Below, piece by piece: positions 16,612 to 24,805 of a stretch of 32,000 bases of DNA. This DNA is from Candidatus Kuenenia stuttgartensis (GTDB taxonomy: Bacteria > Planctomycetota > Brocadiia > Brocadiales > Brocadiaceae). A program made the position numbers and the translations under genes. Within the stretch, counting starts at the first letter, position 1. Every line of letters starts with the position of its first letter. Under the pieces are notes generated by a model. The model did not search any database and had not been told where the DNA came from. It saw only the letters and a program-made list of their open reading frames with translations. The stretch spans positions 3,990,001 through 4,022,000 of the forward strand of contig NZ_LT934425.1 of NCBI RefSeq assembly GCF_900232105.1. Direction: 5' to 3'.

Positions 16612-18069
16612 TTACCCCTGGTTGACAAGCTCACCCAGTCTAATATGCTTGCGCATTACAGCATCGATATCCTCCATGTATCTCCCGTCCGCAGGGTAAC
16701 ACTGAGTACCATGAATATGCATGTCCAGCCCGTCAAGCTCTTCTGCTTCAGATACCCTGATACCGATGGTATGTTTTAGTCCAAAGAATATGACGAAGCC
16801 CAGTCCACCTGCCCATACTATGGCGGTGGCGAAGGCGATGAGCTGGGCAAGAAACTGCTGGCCGGAACCAACGATCAGCCCACTTACTCCTCCATATGAA
16901 CCGTCGGCAAAAATCCCTACGGCAAGAAGCCCCCACAACCCATTAGCGCCGTGCACAGATACCGCACCAAGGGGATCATCCACTCTAAACTTACGTTCAA
17001 CAAGCCACACCGAGCCGCACATCAACAAACCGCCAACTAACCCTATAATAACGGCAGCCCATGGCGCAATGAACGCACATGGCGCCGATACAGCTACAAA
17101 ACCTCCCAGTGCGCCATTACAAGCCTCCGCTATATCCGCTTTTCTAGATTTCCAGTAGGTATATAATACGACAATGACAGCGCCTGAAATACCGGCAAGG
17201 AGGGTATTGGCAGCAATAATTGAAGACCGTAATTCCGATATTGCGAGGGTGCTGCCAGCATCATAAGCAAGCCACCCAAAGGCTAAAACAACGGTGCCAA
17301 TAAGTACATAGGCAATGTTGTGTCCATGGATATGGTTAGAAGAGCCGTCCTTATTAAATTTTCCGATTCTCGGACCTAGCGCCCATGCACCCATAAAGGC
17401 ACAGATTCCACCAATTGCATGGACTACTCCAGATCCGGCAAAGTCCTTGACTCCCACCCCCAATTTTAACTTAGCAAGCCATCCTTCGCCCCATATCCAG
17501 TGGCCGTAGAATGAATAAGCAAATGTATACACGAGAAGCCCTGCGATTAAAAAGGCGGAAAACTTAATCCTTTCTGCAACAGCGCCGGCAATGATGCTGC
17601 CAATAAAAGTGGCAACAACCGCCATGAAGGTAAAGAGCAGAATGGTCTTTACATCATACGTATCTCCTAAAAGCATAAAGCCGCCATAACCTATAAAGGG
17701 ATTACCTTTATCAAGGCCTGACGCCAAGTGAGAACCGCCGAACATAAATGCAAAACCAAATAGCCAGAAAATAAAGACTCCCGCCGTTGTAGCCATAAAG
17801 CAATGAGCCATGTAGCTAAGCATATTTTTGGAGCGAACAAGCCCGCCAAGCAGCATAAACCCGGCCTGCATAAAGAGAATAAGAAACGCCGCCACCAATA
17901 TCCAAACAAAGTTTCCTGAAGTGCTCAAGCCTTCGAAGCTTTGCGTGAACGTGAATGCGCCACTGGGATCGCCTGCCTGCACACAGTTTGCCCATAGGAA
18001 AAACATAGTAACGCTGCAAAAAAGGACCAAGCCAAAGCGACTCATCTTGATCCTGCACATATTCTGCAT
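16612..18069 (-). CDS. amt: Ammonium transporter (Amt family)
   Basis: 485 aa, signal-like N-terminus, multiple TM segments, DFAGSGVVHAIGG and VDDPLGAVSVHGANGLWG conserved regions. Confidence 0.95.
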   Translation of the reverse strand: MQNMCRIKMSRFGLVLFCSVTMFFLWANCVQAGDPSGAFTFTQSFEGLSTSGNFVWILVAAFLILFMQAGFMLLGGLVRSKNMLSYMAHCFMATTAGVFIFWLFGFAFMFGGSHLASGLDKGNPFIGYGGFMLLGDTYDVKTILLFTFMAVVATFIGSIIAGAVAERIKFSAFLIAGLLVYTFAYSFYGHWIWGEGWLAKLKLGVGVKDFAGSGVVHAIGGICAFMGAWALGPRIGKFNKDGSSNHIHGHNIAYVLIGTVVLAFGWLAYDAGSTLAISELRSSIIAANTLLAGISGAVIVVLYTYWKSRKADIAEACNGALGGFVAVSAPCAFIAPWAAVIIGLVGGLLMCGSVWLVERKFRVDDPLGAVSVHGANGLWGLLAVGIFADGSYGGVSGLIVGSGQQFLAQLIAFATAIVWAGGLGFVIFFGLKHTIGIRVSEAEELDGLDMHIHGTQCYPADGRYMEDIDAVMRKHIRLGELVNQG

Positions 18070-18167
18070 TTTAAATCTCCTTTATATACATAATGCTATA
18101 AATAATTTAGCATATACTCAATCAGACTGAAATCACTGGTTTCTGACATGCGCATTCATTGCCTTCT

Positions 18168-18212
18168 ATACTCAATCAGATTGAAGCCGCTGGCTTCCGT
18201 CTGATTGAGTAT
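18168..18212. repeat. Near-perfect hairpin upstream of amt, with a half-copy at 18114-18142
   Basis: ATACTCAATCAGAttGAAGCCgctGGCTTCcgTCTGATTGAGTAT; half-copy ATACTCAATCAGACTGAAATCACTGGTTTC. Confidence 0.85.
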
Positions 18213-18324
18213 ATATTGTGTAGCATATGCCCGTTTACAAACTTTTCTATCACTAAACGCGTATATTTTATACGTTACTTTTTATTTAATCGTAGAGCGT
18301 TGTTTAAAATCTGACGATGTTTTT

Positions 18325-18771
18325 TTACTTTGGAAAAACTTCGTTCAGGGAAGCACGCTCTTTTTTGAGACTCTCAACAGCCTTCATATCCCCCGATTCT
18401 TTTGGAGATAATTTTACAACCCTTCCGTTAGCGCTAATGGCATTATGACCAGTTTCGCCCGTGCGTATGCGACAGGCTGATTCCACATGAGTCACAAATA
18501 CTTTTCCATCGCCAATAACCCCTGTTTTTGCCTCTTCCATAATTATTTTGATTGCCGTCTCCAATTCTGCTTCCGGGACTACAACCTCGAGTTTTATCTT
18601 TTTGTGTAAATCTACCATATATTCTCTTCCACGCCATACCCGTGTCTTACTGATTTCACTTCCTTGCCCTCTGATTTCAGTAACATGCATTCCCATTATT
18701 CCCGTTTCCTGCAACATAGAACTAACCGCCATAAAACGTTCAGGGCGAATAATTGCCTCTATTTTTTTCAT
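18325..18771 (-). CDS. PII nitrogen regulatory protein (GlnB/GlnK family) with C-terminal extension
   Basis: 148 aa: MKKIEAIIRP, T-loop with Tyr51 context WRGREYMVD, B-loop AKTGVIGDGKVFV, CRIRTGETG, then about 35 extra residues. Confidence 0.93.
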   Translation of the reverse strand: MKKIEAIIRPERFMAVSSMLQETGIMGMHVTEIRGQGSEISKTRVWRGREYMVDLHKKIKLEVVVPEAELETAIKIIMEEAKTGVIGDGKVFVTHVESACRIRTGETGHNAISANGRVVKLSPKESGDMKAVESLKKERASLNEVFPK

Positions 18772-18810
18772 TTTATTTCCTCCTAATAATATTCCTGTTG
18801 TAGCTAAAGA

Positions 18811-19242
18811 TTAAGGGCAGACGTCCACAATCTTTAAAACCTCACTTTGTCTCGTAAGTGGCGTCCCTTCAGAAAAAACGTGTTCCTGCTTTGGCGTCAA
18901 TGATACCCATCTGCCATCTTCCGTTATTATATCTTTTTTAATTATGCCTGACTTTAACCGCAACGCATATTCGTATTCACAGTTATTTCCATCTTCTTCA
19001 TGTAAGAATCTGCTTATGTTCCGCAATGCATCGTCTACTGCGTTTTCTTCTAAGACAACTTCTATCTTTACATTCTTTATTATATCTACTACGTACTCGT
19101 CATCGCGCCAAAAGACAGACCTGGTTGCTATTTGGTCTTGATCTTTTATATACGTCTTTATTACCGGATGTCCAATTTCTCCGAAATAATTTTCTAATAT
19201 CTGTACGGCACCTGGCTTTATAAATGCGGATATTTTTTTCAT
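18811..19242 (-). CDS. Divergent PII-like protein
   Basis: 143 aa: MKKISAFIKPGAVQILENYFGEIG...SVFWRDDEYVVDIIKNVKIEVVLEENAVDDALRNISRFLHEEDG; N-terminal half is PII-like, canonical B-loop absent. Confidence 0.8.
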   Translation of the reverse strand: MKKISAFIKPGAVQILENYFGEIGHPVIKTYIKDQDQIATRSVFWRDDEYVVDIIKNVKIEVVLEENAVDDALRNISRFLHEEDGNNCEYEYALRLKSGIIKKDIITEDGRWVSLTPKQEHVFSEGTPLTRQSEVLKIVDVCP

Positions 19243-19310
19243 TATTCATTCCCACCTATTCTTTAAGAAAGTGTAAAAGACCTAATGGATTAAGTTGTAA
19301 TAACCTAAGC

Positions 19311-19326
19311 GCAACTGCAGTACCAA
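19311..19326 (-). promoter_or_regulatory. Candidate sigma-54 (-24/-12) promoter for the PII-PII-amt cluster
   Basis: Minus strand TTGGTAC-TGCAG-TTGC against consensus YTGGCACGRNNNTTGCW, about 70 bp upstream of the start codon at 19242. Confidence 0.65.
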
Positions 19327-19582
19327 TAGTATAAAAAAATAAAAAAGTCGCTAAGAAGTTTTCTAAGTGGTTTCAAATATAAGATTTATTTGCAGAAGAG
19401 CTGTGCTTCAAAAGCAAATATCAAATATATACTTTTCGGGCAATAACATCTTAAAAAAGGGTAATATTTAATGTGAAAGAGATATAAACCTGTAACACGT
19501 AATTGTTTATAAAAAAATCGGGCATGAATGGCATATTCGGGCGTTTATGCACCAAAAGAATGAGTTTTTACCCTGCCACTAA

Positions 19583-20977
19583 TTAATCCTTGAAGGTATC
19601 CTTGTTTATGTTATATTTCTTCATTTTCCGGTAAAGGGTTTTTGCGTCGATACCGGAAATCCTGGCAGAAGAGTCAATTCGTCCTTTGCATTGTTTTAAA
19701 AGTTTCATTATATACAGGACTTCGCACTCTGATAAGAAGGTTTCCATGTCGATATTGGTAACATGGTCATTAGGGGTATTAACGAATGCTTCTTTCTGTT
19801 GTTTTTGGTGGAGTATTGGCATATCAACCTCGTTAATTATATTGTCTTTTGCCATAATTACTGCCCTCTCTGTCAAGTTCTCGAGTTCCCTGACATTGCC
19901 AGGCCAATGGTATGACATCATGATATTAAGGGCATTTTGAGAGATAGATTTAATATTTTTTTTAAACGCTTTATTATATTTTTCGATAAAGTGCAATACA
20001 AGCAAAGGGATATCTTCTAATCTTTCTTTCAAGGGCGGCAATTGAATGGGAATAACATTTAAACGATAGTATAAATCTTTTCTGAAACCCCCTTCTTCCG
20101 ATAAGTTATTGAGGTCTTTATTGGTGGCGGCAATAACCCTTACGTCAACCTTTATTGTCTTATTTCCGCCAATCCTTTCGAAAGATTTCTCCTGCAATAA
20201 CCTGAGAAGTTTTGTTTGCATAGAAAGAGGCAAGTTCCCCATTTCATCAAAAAAAACCGTACCTTTGTTTGCATGTTCAAACTTGCCTGTCCTCTGTTTT
20301 ACAGCGCCGGTGAAAGCGCCCTCTTCATGTCCAAAAAGTTCTGTTTCCAGCAGCGACTCAGGCAATGCACTGCAATTTATGACGACAAAAGGAGCATCTT
20401 TCCTGCTGCTGTTGTGATGAACAGCGTGCGCTATAAGCTCTTTACCTGTGCCCGTTTCCCCGGTTATCAGTATCGTAGCGTCAGTGTCTGCCACCTGCAT
20501 GATCAGGTCATATATTTGCCGCATTCTGTGCGACCCCCCTATTATATTGCCAAAGCTAAACCTCTCTTCCAGTTCCTTTCGTAATGCCCTGTTTTCTATT
20601 ATCAGATTTTGTTTTTCAAAGGCGCGTTTGATGACCAGTCTCAACTCCTCTGCAGAAACTGGTTTCGTGAGATAATCATAAGCGCCTATCTTTATCGCTT
20701 CCACAGCAGTTCTCACGCTGCCATATGCAGTCATCATAATCAAAAATACTTCCGGATATTCAAGCTTTAATTGTTTTAATAATTCAAACCCATCCATTTT
20801 AGGCATTTTAAGGTCTGCAATAACCAGATCATGCGGCGATTTTCTATAAATACTCATCGCCTCCAAACCATTAGACGCCGTACTGATCTCGTATCCTTCG
20901 CTGTCCAGAACACTTTTAATACTACCGAGGACGTATTCGTCATCCTCCACCACCAGTATCTTTTTTTCCCCAACCAT
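19583..20977 (-). CDS. Sigma-54-dependent response regulator (NtrC family: REC, AAA+, Fis HTH)
   Basis: 464 aa: KILVVEDDEYVLGSIK, GETGTGKELIAHAVHHNS, GHEEGAFTGAVKQRTGKFEHANKGTVFFDEMGNL, C-terminal HTH ISGIDAKTLYRKMKKY. Confidence 0.95.
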   Translation of the reverse strand: MVGEKKILVVEDDEYVLGSIKSVLDSEGYEISTASNGLEAMSIYRKSPHDLVIADLKMPKMDGFELLKQLKLEYPEVFLIMMTAYGSVRTAVEAIKIGAYDYLTKPVSAEELRLVIKRAFEKQNLIIENRALRKELEERFSFGNIIGGSHRMRQIYDLIMQVADTDATILITGETGTGKELIAHAVHHNSSRKDAPFVVINCSALPESLLETELFGHEEGAFTGAVKQRTGKFEHANKGTVFFDEMGNLPLSMQTKLLRLLQEKSFERIGGNKTIKVDVRVIAATNKDLNNLSEEGGFRKDLYYRLNVIPIQLPPLKERLEDIPLLVLHFIEKYNKAFKKNIKSISQNALNIMMSYHWPGNVRELENLTERAVIMAKDNIINEVDMPILHQKQQKEAFVNTPNDHVTNIDMETFLSECEVLYIMKLLKQCKGRIDSSARISGIDAKTLYRKMKKYNINKDTFKD

Positions 20978-21131
20978 TGGTTAATAATCTCGCTCAAAAT
21001 TAACAAAGAGGCTGTTTTTAGCCGTTTTTCGCAAATAAAAGACCTATTTCCGCCGCTATTTAAAAACAATATTTAATACGTGATAAATACAACCTATTGC
21101 AGTGCAATATGTTATACCGTTGAGGTGTTTG

Positions 21132-21147
21132 TTGGCACACCTATTGC
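21132..21147 (+). promoter_or_regulatory. Near-consensus sigma-54 (-24/-12) promoter
   Basis: TTGGCAC-ACCTA-TTGC on the + strand, correctly spaced GG/GC, 57 bp upstream of ATG 21204. Confidence 0.8.
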
Positions 21148-21203
21148 CCTATGTTGTAGTAGAACTATTAGAATTCATTTTAAATATTTACAAGGAGTTT
21201 ACT

Positions 21204-21572
21204 ATGAAAAACATTAAAAACGCCGGTTTTGAACAAAGCATTTATTCTGAACCAGAGGTAATAATAGATAAAGTTGTTGACAATAAGAGATACCGGTTTT
21301 GCAGGTTTCCCGCCAACGAGAATCTCTATAAGGAAATAAGCAGCATTGCCAGGCGCTGGAGAGACGGAGAAATATCTCAAACAGATGCCTCCGGGTTGCT
21401 GGAGATTGCTTCACTTCCCTACGAAAGATGGATTTTTGATATGATTGCCGACCTTGCCGAGGAGACGAAACACCTTGAATATATTGCGGATGACAATGAC
21501 TATAAGGGTGTAAAGGCGATTGCCTTCTTACAACATGGCAATGAGAGATCATATAATATCCAATATAAATAA
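21204..21572 (+). CDS. Uncharacterised small protein inside the two-component locus
   Basis: 122 aa (MKNIKNAGFEQSIYSEPEV...) with AAGGAG ribosome-binding site at about 21192; the longer ORF start at 21102 (GTG) lies upstream of the sigma-54 promoter and is unlikely. Confidence 0.75.
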   Translation: MKNIKNAGFEQSIYSEPEVIIDKVVDNKRYRFCRFPANENLYKEISSIARRWRDGEISQTDASGLLEIASLPYERWIFDMIADLAEETKHLEYIADDNDYKGVKAIAFLQHGNERSYNIQYK

Positions 21573-21601
21573 AGCCCTTGCATACTGAATCATAGCGGAA
21601 A

Positions 21602-24600
21602 CTATGCATCAGTTTTTAAAATCGGCAGTAGTATCTGAAAAGTGGTTCCCTCATTAAGGGTGCTTTTGATGCCGATCTTTCCGGCGTGTTCCGTTATAAT
21701 ATTGTAACATATCCATAAACCCAACCCTGTGCCGGTCCCTTTTTTCGTGCTAAAAAAGGGCTCAAAAATATTTGGCAAATCTTTTTCCCTTATTCCGCAT
21801 CCGTTATCGGCAAACTCAATCTGTAACTGATTGTTTTTTGCTTGTGCAGTTATATTAATAGTTCCGCCGTTTGGCATTGCGTCAAGAGAATTGAGTATAA
21901 GGTTTGTAAACACCTGTTCTAATTGGTTGGAATGGCATCTTATGCAGGGAATATTTTTGTCAATCGTTTGTTTTACCGTTATTTTTGACTGAGAAAGTTT
22001 CTTCTGTAATAAATTCACGACATTTTGTATGTGATAATTAATATTATGATCGCCTTTTTCTTCCATTATATGCAGGTTAGAGTCTAACAAACTCCTTACA
22101 ATTCCCGCTATCCTGTAAATGCCGTCCATGACGAGTTCCACATATTTCCTTTTCTCATCCTTCTCCCCCATTCTCTCCAGCAACAATTGCAGGTAATTAA
22201 TAATGCCTTCCAGCGGGTTATTGATCTCATGCGCAACGCTTGAGACGACCCTGCCTGTTGAAGCCAGCTTTTCCGCCTCTAACAGTTGCGATTCCAGACT
22301 TTTTTCCGCCGTAATATCCCTGTAAACGGACCTGATGGCGGTAATTCTGCCATTATCATCACAAATATGATTATCGTTCAGGCTGACGTCTATAATGCAT
22401 CCGTCTTTTTTTATAAGTTGTAGTTCTGGTCCCTTTACAAGCTGTCCGCTCAAACGTTTGGGTAATAATTTTTTCATTACTTCCCTGTTTTTTTTCGTTT
22501 GAAAATCGAAGATATGCCTTCCTATAAGTTCCTCTTTTTTATATCCTAAAATCTCTGCGCCTGTTTTATTGCAATTGATTATAATCCCGTTTTCATCGTT
22601 TGTTATATAGATATCCGGAGCATTATCATAAAGGTCTTTGTATCTTTTCTCAGACTCCCTTGTTTTTTTAAATAATCTGGCATTTTCCATGGCGATGGCC
22701 AACTGTATGGCAATCTGTTTCAGTAGTGTAAAATGTTTTTCAGAAAAGCTGTTTTTTTTTGAACTTCCAAAGTTAATCGTTCCGATAATATTGCCTTTGT
22801 ATTCAAGCGGGAAACTGAGCCGCGACATTATACCTTCTTTGAGCAACAGACGATCTGGCTCAAAAGCGCTTTTTGAAGTATCTCTCACAATAAACGGCCT
22901 GCCGGTAAAAGTTACCTGCTCTAACAAGCTCCCTTCTTTTCTGAGCCAGTCATTTTCGCTAATTGCCGTGTAATCATACGATTTGTCCATGGCGGCAACC
23001 TCAACATTTTGTTTTTTTTCATCAATCAAGGCAATGCTGACCCTGTCAAACTCCATGACGCGCTTCAGCTCATTACTTATTGACCTAAATAGCATATCCG
23101 ACATAAGATCAGAAGAAACAATCTTATTAATATTGTATATAATTTCCTTCTGATGTTCCATTTCCCACATTTTGGTAATATCCTGAACCAGCTCAAGCAC
23201 ATGGGTAATATTTCCCTGAACGTCTTTGATTGGTGACCCAATAAAGTGGTAATATTTCTTCTCGTTGTCCCTGCCAATTACCAGCTTTTTTATTTCTTCT
23301 CTCTTACCGCTCATAAATACGCGTTTTGCAGTGCAGTCCTCCGTGGAAGCATTGCCGCAGCCAAAAATTTTATTACACGCATCATTTTTAAAACCATATA
23401 CCATTCCAAACTGTTCCACGAAGGGTTTGTTGCCCCACGTAATCTTCATTTCTCTATCGATGAGGCATAAGTATGCGCCTATTCCGGTCACTATCATATC
23501 GAGTTTCTTTTCTTCTCTCTCCAGTTCCGCACGTGCTTTTTCAAGGTCGTTCAGCATGTACAATGTTGCTTCTCTAAAGTCTGACAATTCATTTATAAGT
23601 TTTTTTGTATGCCTCATATCCCTGGCAACGCCGACAACATTTATCACCTCTCCATCGCTGTTACGCATTATACGCCCGCAAAAATTCACAGGGATATCTT
23701 CTCCTTTATGCGTATGATACATAATATCGTAATCCTTTAATACATCTTCCTTCCAAAGATCACTCCAGCTCCGGTTCGCAATGGGGTTGTCTTTGTCTCT
23801 CAGGATCATATCTATATTATTGCCAATTAACTCCTTTTCTTCATACCCTAACAGATCGAGCATTGATTTATTTACGGTTTTTATCCTGCCATGTTGGTCT
23901 ACCACAACCAACGTATCGATCATGCTTTCAATTAAATTTTCCACATAAGCCTTTGACACAGTAGTCTTCTGCATATCTTCTGTCATTTTGTTTATAGAGG
24001 TAGCCAGCATTCCAATTTCGCCCCCTGAGGAAAGATGTATCCTCTTGTCAAGATCACCGTCGGCAATGGCGGCCATTACACGTGATATTTTTGAAATGGG
24101 GCTTGTAATCAACCTTTTTGTCAATAAGTATGTAATAAAAACAATTGCGGCAACAGAGACCAGTGCAATACAGATAAGTATTATTATGTTTGATTTCACG
24201 CTTGCATGAATAAGTCTTAATGGCGCTATGACGCTTATCGCTCCCCACAAATTGCCCTCCTTATATGCCTCATTCTCATGACCGGGAATGGTTGTTTTTC
24301 CTGCATGCCCTCCGTGGCATCCGAGACAGGACTTCTTCATATAGAGTGGGGCAATATAACGAAATATTTTTTCATTATTTATGCCAAACGACTCACCACA
24401 ATACGCATCATGTGGTTTCTGTTCTTCCATGTTTTTCAAGACGGCTTCTTCCAAATCATCCGGGTGGTTATCTGTATTTATGTGTTTCAGTGCTATCAGC
24501 CGAACCGTGTATGGTCTGTTTTCGTTGATGGTGTTGGAAAATTCCGCGCAGATTTCTGAAGGGTGCAAATGTATAAAAACCGTATTGCTGCCAGCGCGGC

Positions 24601-24796
24601 CAGTATTGAAACTATTCTGAGCCTCTGCTAAACGACTGTGGATCATTTCTATTTGCTTAACAAGAATGTTTGCATGTTTTTTTATTTCGTCTTCCAGCAA
24701 ATAGTCTTGCCTTTTAATGATCAGTGTAAAGCTTACCCCCAGTACCAGTGGTACAAAAAGGCTGATTGATAAGATATATTTAGCGCCCAGTTTCAT
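21602..24796 (-). CDS. Multi-domain sensor histidine kinase (DUF3365/Tll0287-like sensor with CXXCH, HAMP, PAS x2, GAF, PAS, HisKA, HATPase)
   Basis: 1064 aa: YMKKSCLGCHGG (heme c-type motif), TSPISKISRVMAAIADGDLDKRI (HAMP), SSVAHEINNPLEGIINYL (H-box), EFADNGCGIREKDL and GTGTGLGLWICYNI (N/G boxes). Confidence 0.93.
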   Translation of the reverse strand: MKLGAKYILSISLFVPLVLGVSFTLIIKRQDYLLEDEIKKHANILVKQIEMIHSRLAEAQNSFNTGRAGSNTVFIHLHPSEICAEFSNTINENRPYTVRLIALKHINTDNHPDDLEEAVLKNMEEQKPHDAYCGESFGINNEKIFRYIAPLYMKKSCLGCHGGHAGKTTIPGHENEAYKEGNLWGAISVIAPLRLIHASVKSNIIILICIALVSVAAIVFITYLLTKRLITSPISKISRVMAAIADGDLDKRIHLSSGGEIGMLATSINKMTEDMQKTTVSKAYVENLIESMIDTLVVVDQHGRIKTVNKSMLDLLGYEEKELIGNNIDMILRDKDNPIANRSWSDLWKEDVLKDYDIMYHTHKGEDIPVNFCGRIMRNSDGEVINVVGVARDMRHTKKLINELSDFREATLYMLNDLEKARAELEREEKKLDMIVTGIGAYLCLIDREMKITWGNKPFVEQFGMVYGFKNDACNKIFGCGNASTEDCTAKRVFMSGKREEIKKLVIGRDNEKKYYHFIGSPIKDVQGNITHVLELVQDITKMWEMEHQKEIIYNINKIVSSDLMSDMLFRSISNELKRVMEFDRVSIALIDEKKQNVEVAAMDKSYDYTAISENDWLRKEGSLLEQVTFTGRPFIVRDTSKSAFEPDRLLLKEGIMSRLSFPLEYKGNIIGTINFGSSKKNSFSEKHFTLLKQIAIQLAIAMENARLFKKTRESEKRYKDLYDNAPDIYITNDENGIIINCNKTGAEILGYKKEELIGRHIFDFQTKKNREVMKKLLPKRLSGQLVKGPELQLIKKDGCIIDVSLNDNHICDDNGRITAIRSVYRDITAEKSLESQLLEAEKLASTGRVVSSVAHEINNPLEGIINYLQLLLERMGEKDEKRKYVELVMDGIYRIAGIVRSLLDSNLHIMEEKGDHNINYHIQNVVNLLQKKLSQSKITVKQTIDKNIPCIRCHSNQLEQVFTNLILNSLDAMPNGGTINITAQAKNNQLQIEFADNGCGIREKDLPNIFEPFFSTKKGTGTGLGLWICYNIITEHAGKIGIKSTLNEGTTFQILLPILKTDA

Positions 24797-24805
24797 AGAT
24801 TATAT

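Noticed and set aside
18600-18650. Idea that the PII at 18325..18771 lost the uridylylated tyrosine
   Set aside because: Counting from the Met puts Trp at position 46; Tyr51 (GREYMVD) is retained.
19391-19412. Second possible -24/-12 site upstream of the divergent PII (minus strand GAAGCACAGCTCTTCTGCAA)
   Set aside because: Only one G at -24 and spacing two bases off.
21102-21203. Upstream extension of the 156-aa ORF 21102..21572
   Set aside because: It would start before the -24/-12 promoter; a good ribosome-binding site precedes ATG 21204.
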